A stretch of 64,000 nucleotides of DNA, taken from the NCBI RefSeq assembly GCF_000143415.4, contig NW_003314274.1, positions 1,003,788 through 1,067,787 on the forward strand, written 5' to 3'. A program made the position numbers and the translations under genes. The notes beneath the pieces are model-generated. The model ran no database searches. It had not been told where the DNA came from and was given only the letters and a program-made list of their open reading frames with translations. Positions 35,528 to 46,294 of this stretch are shown here, in pieces. Source of the stretch: Selaginella moellendorffii (lineage: Eukaryota > Plantae > Lycopodiophyta). The stretch's first letter is position 1; the number at the start of each line of letters is the position of its first letter.

Positions 35528-36780
35528 ATGGAGGCGCTCAAGGCGTATGTCAAGGGCCCGGCCTCGCTCCAAGGCGATAGTAGCGGCGTCTCCACGGCGC
35601 TCGTCTCTGTCTCGCATTCTAATCTCAAGAACTACTCCAACGAGCTGCGCCTGGATCTACATGTAAGTCGGGCGCGAATGGATTGATGTTTGATCCCTGG
35701 CAAAATATTTTAGAGCACTGTGGAATCCCTAAAAGAGAGGCTTGGGCGACAATGTGGGACATCGCCGAGCTACATGCTGCTCCAGCTCTTCGATGGAGAC
35801 AACCACAAAGTCTGTGACATGGCCGAGGGATTTCGCCCAGTTGGATTCTATTCTCCTCACGACGGGTAAGATGATCTTAGCGTGATTTCTTTTCATTCTT
35901 TTTTCCTTTCTTGCTCATGAAACGTATCAGGTTTTTGTAAGGTATCGCGTCCACATTGTCGATTTGGATCCCGGCTCCGTTACTGCTGGTGGATGGCTGG
36001 AAGATGTCTCGAAAGTGGAAAAGTTCACGATCTCGGACGATGCGTACAACAAACGCGATGGTATGTCTTTCCCGCATCTCGCATTTTTATCAAGTTTTCT
36101 TTGCTCTTATCTATCCCTTGACAGATACTTTCAGGAAGTTTAAAGAGAAAAAGCTCGCGGAAGGTGCTTCACGGTCTGCTGCTACTGCGCAACAAGAGGT
36201 TCTTCTTTGCGACGTTCCCTCTCTTTGTTTTTTTCCTTAAAAGTCGTGACGTGCCCAGATAACGGATGATTTTATGGCCGATCTAGCCGCAAGCATCAAA
36301 GTGAGTGACCCTTGTCGTTTCTCCGGTTTAAATGCTTCCCTGCCAGGATGCTAAAATGGGGTACAGGTTGGTGATCGATGCGAGATTGTTGCTGGCCAAA
36401 AGAGAGGCGAGGTGATGTACGTTGGTAGAGTGGAGGGCCTTCCCGCTGGGTTTTGGATTGGAATTCAATGCGATGAACCAGTTGGCAAGCACGATGGCAT
36501 GTAAGTATGCGAAGGTTTTCCTCGCCTAGCTCTCCTGTTCTTGGTTTTAAGAGATGTCACGATCTCTTTCTTTATTTCTTTTTCTTTGCAGGGTGAAAGG
36601 CAAGCGCTACTTCACTTGTCCAAACGGTCACGGTGTCATGCTTCGACCGGACAAGCTTAAGGTGAGCTGCGCTTTGCTTATCTTGGCGTGAAGCTGGGAC
36701 CGTTATCTAATGAAATTCCTTCCCAGGTGGGAGACTATCCCGAGATTGATCCGTTTGAAGCCGAGCTCGACGAGATTTAA
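35528..36780 (+). CDS. TFCB: Tubulin-folding cofactor B (Ubl + CAP-Gly), multi-exon
   Basis: VSHSNLKNYSNELRLDLH; VEKFTISDDAYNKRD; CAP-Gly GFWIGIQCDEPVGKHDGM|VKGKRYFTCPNGHGVMLRPDK; ends VGDYPEIDPFEAELDEI*. Confidence 0.93.
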
Positions 36781-36832
36781 GCAAGTTTTCTATCTTTCGA
36801 AAAACAAATACCAAAAAGTTTGTACGTCTCGC

Positions 36833-38725
36833 TCAAGGAAACAGAGGTTGCTGCAACAGTCCGGTACTCTCTGGAAAGCCCATCATAAGATTGAGGTTTT
36901 GCACAGCTTGGCCAGACGCGCCTTTGACGAGATTATCAATCTGCCAAGCGAAAAGGAAAGTGTTTTTTCTTTCATTCCACGTAGATGTGTTTGGACTTAC
37001 CACAGAGATGATGATAGCTCTTGCAGAGATCCTGTCTTCAAAGACATTGATGAAGCAGTAGTTTGATCCTCGAGCGTGGCGAGTGTGTGGGACGATTCCC
37101 TCGCCGAGAACTTTGACAAACTCCTCGCTCTGGTATGTTTCCACCAGGTGCTTTCGCAAATCTCTGGCGCTCGCGCCAGCTTTTAGCTTCACATAAATGG
37201 TCGATTGCATGCCTCGGCTCTGTTGCATTGAAACCGCGACGATAACATAAGAGGGAGGAGACGTAAGTTTCTTTACCATTGGCATCAAATGTGGTGTGAA
37301 GCTGACTTTGAGCTTGGAGCCAGCTGCTTGTGCCAGGCCCTGCTCGATCTCTGGCACTGCAAAACAAATCAAAACGTGAGCTTTTCTTACGTGAAAAGAG
37401 GAACGTGGTTTTTTACCATGGCGGTGCCTGGTGACACCGTAAGCGTGCAGGCCTTCTGCGACTTCTGTGTAGAGATTTGCTTCCTTTGCAGAGCGGCCTG
37501 GGTGAAAAAGAAAGATATTTACTCGTGAAGAAGCTAAAAAATATTTACCTGCGCCGCTCACTCCAGATTTTGCATCGATGATGATATGGTCTGGTTCTAT
37601 AAGTTGGCTCTGCGTGGAAAGTTACGTAGTTTTGAGTGATTTTTGAAAGTGAGTACCTTGAGGAGTGGGACAAGGGGAATTTGTACAGACGTCGGATAGC
37701 AACCTGGATTTGCAACCAAGCGGGCTTGTTTGATTTCTTCTCGGTGGATTTCCGTTAGCCCGTAGACTGCTGTTTCCTAGAAAAAAAAAAAAGAAAAAGA
37801 AAAAAAAGATCGTGAAACTTGATGCCGATTCAAAGTGGGATTTTACTTGCAATTCTGGAGCGCGATGCGAGCCGCCATACCACTCCTCGTATTCTTTTAT
37901 GTCTGCCAAGCGAAAGTCCTACACAGACAGACAGACACACGGAAAACTTCAGAGATGTATTTGCTTTAGTTTTTCTTGGATGACTTACAGCCGAGAGATC
38001 GACGACTTTCAATCTCTTGGGAAGAGCTGCGATGATTTCCTGTTTTCTTGGAGGAACAAAACCATTAAAAGTTCTCTGTAACAAAAGTGGCAAACTTTAC
38101 CTGAGTTGTTCCATGCGGGAGGCAGCAAAACACGGCCTCGACGTCGGAGAAATTCGCGTCTTTCACGGCCACCATATCAGGCAAGCTCTGAAAGAAAGGA
38201 AGAAAGAAAGAAAAAACAATTAAAAGAGAGAGAGAGAGAGAGAAAATGCGATGGCTCTCACCTGAGAGATAACCAAGTGCGGGAAAACCGTAGCGAGCGA
38301 TTGACCCGCCTTGCGATCCGCGGTCATGAGCTTCACATTGAAAAAAGGATGCGTTGCCAACAATCGTATCACCTATGATCCCGAGAACAACCATAGTTTC
38401 TTCAACCAAAAGTAAAAGAAGAAAGAAAAAACCATACCTCTGATCCAGTGTAGCCACTCGCTCCTAGCACTCCCACCGGAATCCTCTCTTCTCCCTGCCG
38501 CTGCTTCAGTCCAGACGGATCAATCTCCTCCCTGACCTTGGTCACCGATGCTCTGATCGCCGGGAACTTGGAGTGGCAGGAGTCACTAGGTTTCGCGCTC
38601 CAGGCCTGTGGAATTCAGCAAACGCATGATCAATGAGAATGTGGAAGAGGTAAGACCTCAACCTCGCGTGGCGATAGAACTAGAGAGCCGGCGCCAAAGG
38701 ATCGCGTCACAAATCCAGCCGCCAT
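36833..38725 (-). CDS. argC: N-acetyl-gamma-glutamyl-phosphate reductase, plastid, multi-exon
   Basis: [58 protein letters not shown] and [22 protein letters not shown]-terminal transit peptide. Confidence 0.96.
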
Positions 38726-38739
38726 AGCCACGAAGAACT

Positions 38740-38740
<1 letters not shown>

Positions 38741-38770
<30 letters not shown>
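38741..38770. repeat. (GA)n microsatellite immediately upstream of the argC ATG
   Basis: About 14 GA units. Others: (GA)n ~38225-38243, (CATTC)n ~30749-30769, (CCAAT)n ~40055-40080. Confidence 0.85.
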
Positions 38771-38910
38771 ACCACGTTTATCACAACGTCAGCTCTTATT
38801 AAACCAAAAAAGAAAGAAAACCAAGCAATGGTTGCAAACCACGCTCGATTTTTCTCTTCTTTTACCACGCCTATATCGTAAATAATAGAATGCATGGCGA
38901 GTTCTTCGTC

Positions 38911-39969
38911 TTACGCTCCGGCTCTCGGTCTGGATCCACACAGGCGCTTTCGGATCTGTTGCAAAATCTCGTTAGATAGATTCTCCATCGGAAAGGAGAA
39001 ACTCTTTGCTTACTTCTGGAAGGTTTTGCTTGTGAACGATTTCGAGGCGAGAGTCGAGGGTGTTGTCACACACGATCTTGCCGTCCTTGGTTGCGAGAAC
39101 TATCCCTCCGGCGCTGCAAAGATATGGAAGTTATTCTTGATCCTTTGGAAGCAATGAAAGAGATGGATCTACCAGGAGAGGCCGTCGGCTTGGCGAGAGG
39201 GGAGGAACTTTCGACCGTCCACCATGACTTCCGAGAGCTGCAGCTTGGTCTTGGACGTGTACTCGTCTTTCGCGGAGTCGAGGACAGACTCGACGAGCTT
39301 ATAGTCGGATTCTCGGCAGCGAATTTGCACGGCAGGCTCCTTCAATCTTATCAGGGCCTGAGTTGAAAGGAAAGAAACGAGAAAAGCTCTTTGCTACTGC
39401 TCGACAAACTGGGAAGACTTACCTGGACGATGAGGTCTTTGAGAAGCTGCTTATAAGCTCCTTGGTTGTTTGATGTGTTTTGGAGCTGCTTCATGGCAGC
39501 GTCCTTCATCTCACAGACGAGATCGTCCTGCGCTTGCAGGATTTTCAAGCGCGACGCATTGAGCTGCGTGGAGTACTCGCTACAAAACAGCGAAAATCAA
39601 GCCTTTAAGCTGTCCGAAAGCAGGATAACGAGACAAAAAGCGAAGAAAAAGAAGGATGGAACTCACATCTTTCGACGAACCTCGATTTGTTTCTCCTTGC
39701 GCTCGTATTCTTGGCGGACTTTCTTCTTCTCGGCCTCCACGATTTGCAGCTTCTCAATGTTAAACTCCTGGAAATCCAATGTCAGCTCCACAGAAGGAAA
39801 GAACCCATCCATCCATCTATCAATTTATTCTAAGTCTACAAAGAAGAGGAGGAGAAGAAAACCTTACCTCTTCCGCGGAGACCGAGATCTCGTTGGCTTT
39901 CTCCTCGGCTTCCTGGCGGATGAATCTCACCATCTGCGCGACCTGCTTGGCGACCTCGGCATCGTTCAT
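38911..39969 (-). CDS. VHA-E: V-type proton ATPase subunit E, multi-exon
   Basis: MNDAEVAKQVAQMVRFIRQEAEEKANEISVSAEE|EFNIEKLQIVEAEKKK; AYKQLLKDLIVQ; GKIVCDNTLDSRLEI; ends IRKRLCGSRPRAGA*. Confidence 0.96.
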
Positions 39970-40179
39970 CGTGGACGGCGCACCCGGGGATTTCGATCAG
40001 ATCCAAGCGCCTCGGCACTGGAATCGCGAGAAGAGAGTAATCCAGCAATCCATTCCAATCCAATCCAATCCAATCCAATCCTAGCGTCTTACCTGCAGTG
40101 CTCCTCCTCTTTCTCCCTGCTGAGGCAAGAAATTAGGGTTCTTGGTAAGAAATATTTTTACTCATTGCAAGCTCTCTCC

Positions 40180-41245
40180 ATGGCTCGTCTTGGAGCTGTG
40201 TTCTTCGATCTGGACGACACGCTGGTGCTCACTCACGCCGCGACCAAGATCGCCAACGACGCTGTCAAGGCCGTGCTCGCGAATCGAGCGCCGTCGTCCA
40301 ATGCCGACGAGGTGGTGAGCGCGTTTCTCGAGGGTTTCAGCTCCAGCCCCTGGGATCCAGTCGGTCAGGTAATTCTAGCTTGGCGATAGCTACATTGCTG
40401 TAGATTTTATTTGTGGATTCTCCAGGTCGATGTTACTGAGTGGCGAGCGCGAATCTGGCACGTTGCTCTCCAGAAGTGGAGCGTCCAAGACATAGAACTA
40501 GCCAGAGTGAGTCCATTGCTCCAAGTTGTTAGTTTACTACCTCCATCCTTTCTCCTTTTTCTAGGATTTGCAAGCTTGCTTCGACCGGGAGAGAATGCTT
40601 GCGTTCCAGTGGGCCGAAGGTGTCGAAGCGGTAAGGAGATTTCTAGTTTTTCTTCTCTTTCTCTCGTTATGACTTTCGAGCTTTAGAAGAGCAGCTTGTG
40701 CGGGAATTGCAAAATCAAGGCTTGAAAGTCGGGCTCATCACGAATGGACACACTGTGGTAAGCTTGTTCTTTCCTGGGAATTTTCACATGAAAAGAGTTC
40801 TTGCAAGGTCCAAAGAGCGAAGCTGGAAGCGTGCAAAGCTCAAGAACTCTTCAACGTTATTCTCGTGGGTGGAGGTGAAGCCCTTCGTTTTTCTCTCAAC
40901 TCGGTGATAACTTTCGTGTCAAAACATTCACAGAGGAGCCCCGAGAAAAGCCACACAAGGAGATTTTTCTCAAGGCTTGCGAGCTTGCCGGGTGTGATCC
41001 GCGAGAATCTGTCATGGTTGGAGACAATCTCTTGACAGATATTCAGGTGGGTGTGATAGACAGTACGCGTTTTGGTGCTCACTTTGATGCATCAGGGGGG
41101 TCTAAACGCTGGATTTCTCGCAACAATCTGGGTGAACTTACACGGCCATCCACCATCAAGCTCGATCCATCCGAGCTATACAATCTCTAGCATTGCGGAG
41201 CTACCTTGCGTGCTCAAGGAAATCCAGAGGAAGTACACCAATTAA
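40180..41245 (+). CDS. HAD-superfamily phosphatase (NANP/HDHD4-like), multi-exon
   Basis: Motif I FFDLDDTL, motif II LITNG, EKPHKEIF, and motif IV MVGDNLLTDIQGGLNAG. Confidence 0.9.
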
Positions 41246-41310
41246 TAACGGACCCATTTTCTTATATTCACGTATCAAACTTTCCATCGATTCCAGAGCT
41301 AAAATGACAG

Positions 41311-44300
41311 TTAATCATCGACCAAAATTTGGAGCTTGACTGGGCGATTGAGCAAGCTCTCGAACGCAGCCTCGAGAGCCGCGGCGTGCTCGTGCTGCTG
41401 GAACTTTCTAACGAACAGAGGAGACGATCCTATCGTCACGATTGCCGGCTGCGAGGTCTTTGAGATCGACACGAGTGATCCCTGCCAAAGAAGAACAAAC
41501 CAACAAGTGAATCAATGAATCATCTAAGTTCGCGGCAAGTACCTTTTGTGTCGCGAGAGCCAAGGTTGCTGGAGAGCTTTGAAGCACCGTGGACACTTGC
41601 TGCCATAGCTGCTCTAGATCTTCTCCTGGAGCTTGAGCGGGCTCCTTCGTCTTTGAATCTCTCGAGTTCTTCGTCTTGACTTTCGTAAAGCTCATGATCT
41701 TGTGCCAGAGATTTGTCCCTTGATCCGCATCCTCGTTTCCAGCTTCCTCACCACAGCTGCTGCTGCGCGCATTCTTCTCCAGAAGCTTGCCGGCCCTCCT
41801 GCGAATCCACTCCGGATAATCCCCGCTCTGGAACCATCCGGCGGAGGAGCCAAGCCGGGAAACAATGCATGCGACGAAGAGAAGTGACACGCTGTAGCGT
41901 TCACAAGCTCGGTGTGAAAGTTCTCGTAGTAGTCTTCCATGGCGAGTAGAGCTCTTGCGTTTACGTGGTTTGCCAGGTACTCCATCACTGCTCTCAACAA
42001 GGCTGCCTCGGTCTCTTGGAAGCCAGTTCTCAGCCGAAAGTCATCCAGAAGAACGAGCGAACTGCTTGTGACTTTGTCCAGGACCTTTCTTCCATCGGGC
42101 CAGTCGACGCTGTAGATTCCGTCCGCAATGGATAGTCGAGCTTCTTTAGCCGGTACAAAGCTGCCGATCTGTGCCAGCACCTGGATGAGAGCTACTTGTT
42201 GTAAGTAGCACGTCTTGCCACTGCCTCTGGGACCGGTGACGATGAGCAAGTCGGGCCTGTCTTCTACCTTCTTCGAACGACCGCGTCTCGGCTGGTAGCC
42301 CAGCGAGCACGAAGTCGGCTGGAAGTCTTTACGTATTTCAACCAGTGGATGTCTACCATCCACTATAGTGATTTGTCGTCCATCTGGTACTAGCTCTGGC
42401 TTGCTGAAATCCCTTGCTGCAGCGATTTCTGCATGAAACAAAACAAAGGTCGGCAATGGCGTCGTTTTGGAAAAGACATACCAGCGAAGTTGCAAAGGAC
42501 GTCCAGTGCGGCCAATGCACTACTCGTTTCTTGTAGCGTCAGCAGCGAGTCTGTAACTTTCTTTCTCAGACTCTCCACAAGGTCCGAACGCTCAGAGATT
42601 GTATCGCTCGCTTCGAAACCAATGTCAGCATCAGTTGCGGAACTCCTTGCCACCTTCAGCAGAAAATACAAACGTAAGGTTCAAGCTCTTAGGCAGCCAA
42701 ACGGTCAGTGTAGATCATTCAACATTCTATCAAAAGCCGTGACAAACCTGAATCTCTTCGGCCAGTTTCTCGGCAAAAGCTTGATGGCGAATAACAGCCG
42801 AAAAATAATCATTTCCTGGAAATTCTTCAAGCATCTGAGAAATCCTGGGTAGCATCAACAGCGAGTCTGCCAAAGCAATAAGCTCGTCCCTGGCAAGCAG
42901 CTTGATCAGTACATTAGAAAGATGTTGCAGAGACCCACCAAGAAAAGGTGGACTGTCGTGCAATACTTCCCGAAAGGTTGGCAATATCCACCATGGTCGA
43001 GAGACAGGAACGCAATGCTTCACGGACAGGACTATTTTTTAGGAGAACCTGAGGAGCTATTTAGTTGGATAAAAATCATAAGAGTCATTGCTACTGACCT
43101 CCACGGCATTTTGGCGTAAAAGAATTGATTCAAGACTTCTTAAAGGGTGTAACATCCATTGCCTCAGTAAACGAGTACCCATACTACTTTTAGTTTCGTC
43201 CATTGCCCAAAGAAGGGACGCGGTCTCAGTTCTTTTACCTTCGACTAGCTGGAAATCACAATGATGAACAAGAACAGAATATAGCTATTTAGTACCTCTA
43301 AGTAGCTTCTTACGCCTTCATCAAGACGAAGATAATCTTCGGTTTTATACAAAAGTAATTGCCGAAGGGAAAGCTCGTCAAGTGCAAACGCTTGTATTTG
43401 CTGAACGTATCTGAGCACGAAAGTGTCACATACACTCCACTATAAAACTCGAGATATAACTTAAGGACGCACCTTAGTAAGGCCCTGGCCGCAGTGTCTG
43501 TTAAAGACCACTGCTGAATTGCATCGACAGTTTTTTCTCCGATGTATGGAAGTAAAAGCTGCACAATAGAAAAATGTCTCATCGTTTACAAAACTATAAA
43601 GACCTTACAGTATCGTTTGAAATGGGAGAAAACTCTGACGAATCGCGTGCTACTACGCATACTTCTTCTAAATATGTTCTAATCGCCTGTGATGAGAAAA
43701 AAACAAAGATATATCATGAAGGCAAATTCAAGATCAACAAACTCACTTGCGAGTTAAATATGGCCTCTCTTGGTTTTAGTCGACCCAGCTCGTCCATCAA
43801 AGCGGCCAAACCTTCAGATTGTGTAGCACAAAAATCTCCTGCAATAAAGATGTAAGCAAGATACAAATATCATCATTTCAACCAACAGTACCGGTCGCTA
43901 AATCACAAAATGCTAGCCCCCAAGAAGAATCAGCGGACACGTTTACTGCGACCAAATAATTATTATGTGTCTCGTCTATAATCCCTTCATCGAGAAGCAT
44001 TCCTGGCGTCAAAACGCATATAGATTCTTGGACCTCATCACCAACCTATAACCATTTCCAAAACAGATATCAGCTTTGTATGCCTACAAAAAGCTTGCAC
44101 GTACCTTTACAACGCTTGTTCCTCTATCTAACAAAATTTTTGTATACACATAAAATTTACACGCTGGAAACCTCGTAACTGGAACTTCGATCTGCGTTTT
44201 GCATCATCATCGTAAATCAGAGACGGTAAACGTAGCAAGCAACGTACCTCGCCATCTTCGACTGTGCTTTGCCGAATCTTGCACGTTCTAGACAAAGAGA

Positions 44301-45983
44301 TTGCATCTTCAAAAAGAGCCTGTAGCGTCATGTGCATAAAGAAAGCTCTCAGAGTGCGGAATGTAATACCTCGTAAAAGTCACCAGCTTTTAAGAGGTGA
44401 ATAAAGCTTGGTCTCTTTCTTTTTGCCTCGACATAGTTCGCAAGAGCAGGGCTCAAAACTGTAGAATCCACAGATCCGGTATCCAGAAATGTCCTGCTCG
44501 ACTGCTGCTCCATCTCAACCCTGACCACTTCCACATCTTCTTCTAATACCATCTCTTCCTCCACTTCATCAACCGTGATTTCCAGTTCCAAATCCTCCCA
44601 AGGAACGTTAAGCCTATCCTCCTTTGTCAGCTCCTGTGTAGCTGATGAATCCGTCACTAACTCCCCTCTATCCATATCTTGGAAAAGCTTGGAGCTGGCG
44701 TATACTTCGTCAGCGGTGAAGGCCTTTTCTAAAAACACACTGGCCGGAAGCTGAAGTTCGGATACTATTGCCTCCAGCACCGAAGCAAGCATATTCACAT
44801 CTGCCATGGCGCGATGTGCACGCTCTGTGGAATGCAGACCATATGCTTCATGTAAAACAGAAAGTTTCAAAGACCGCCAGTTATATCCTGTAGTACGGTT
44901 ATGAGACGCGAGCAAATGGTATTTATAAACACGTACCGAATTTTTTCTTCGCTTCCCGAGCCAGAGGCATGGAATCTAAAAAGAGCCACCACTCAGGCAC
45001 TTGTATCCCGCAACTCTGAAACTCTTTAAGAAGAAATGGAACGTCAAACCTCTTCCCGTTGTGCGCGACAAGGATAACAGGCTCATCACCCTTTCGACGG
45101 CTTTCTACAAACTGAATAATGGACGGGCCAACCTCTTTCCAGCTGCGAGGGAGAAAGAAAGAAAAGAAGATATTAATGAAGTATGAACACAAAAGTAGTT
45201 TTCTTACCTGGGAACATGAGGCTTGTTCACCATCTGATTCGTTATTCCTGTAACAGCTGTTATAAGGTAAGGAACAGTCCGGCCGGGATTCACTAGAGCA
45301 GAAATGGTACTGCGATCACCCCCAGCAAGATCACGAGCTGCAAACTCTATAATGCGATCACCAGCAGCTCTAAAACCTGTTGTCTCGAGGTCGAAAACGA
45401 TGATCGTCATCTTTGGAGCAGGAATTTCTGAAGTAATGCTGCTGTCACTTGTGCTGCTAACCAAAATCTCTTCTTTGCTCCGTAGCAGTACCTCACTTTC
45501 CTGTGACGATGCCTCACTTTGCTCCAGGCCTGTTCGCTCCAAGACGCTCGAAGAAACCTTTAGCTCCATCCCATTGTCAGTTTGAAATCTTACGCTTTCT
45601 CCAAGATCTTTGGGGACTTTGGATGTGGAGGTGTCGATCTCGGAGCTCCCGATCTCTTCCTCCTCACGTAAAGCTTGATCGGGACTCGAGGATGCCCACG
45701 TTGAAAATCTAGAGCGCAAGAACTGGAGATTGATGTCTCGCAACGATGTTCTTGACAAGTAACGAGGATGAGGCTTGACGATAAAACACCTGAATGGCCC
45801 GAGCGATCAACTGGAAATCACTGGAAACGGCAACATTTACCTGGAAGAACAGCACGAACACGAAGAAGGAACAATTCGCCCGACGAAGAGCCTTGCTCCT
45901 GCGAATTCGTGCTTGAGGAGTCCATAGCACGCAATGCCGGACTCCATATTCTCCACGATCTTCCTGACGATGCCGGGGCTCAT
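41311..45983 (-). CDS. Organelle-targeted DEDDh (DPD1/DnaQ-like) exonuclease fused to bacterial-type MutS1 and a DnaX tau-C-like domain; one apparent 1-bp frameshift
   Basis: Transit peptide. ExoI VFDLETTG, ExoII VAHNGKRFDVPFL, ExoIII AHRAMADV. The same exon continues into MutS domain I (KAGDFYE|ALFEDA). Then LTPGMLLDE, WGLAFCDLATGDF, IVDGRHPLVE, TGPRGSGKT and AQIGSFVPA. Frameshift at the C4 run 41821-41824. The start could be 45947. Confidence 0.85.
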
Positions 45984-46294
45984 ATTCGCAGCTCACGGGC
46001 ACTCACCGGGGAGAATCGCTGCCCGCATTGCAATTCTTCCTCACATAAACCCTAAAACTCGCTCCAGCCCTAACCCACGCTATCCGCTGATGTGTCGTAG
46101 TCACAGTGACGTGGCCTGTCCACTGTGGACACCACGTCAGGTCTTCTTCCGCCTGTTCTTCTTCCACATTCTTTTATAGGACCTGGAAGGAAGGGAGCGC
46201 CCTGGAGCTCTGGCATAGGGTTTGTGGACGCGCGCGTGGATAGCGGCGTCTTGGCGCGCTTTAGAGGAGCGAAATCTTTCGGTGCGCAGCAGCT

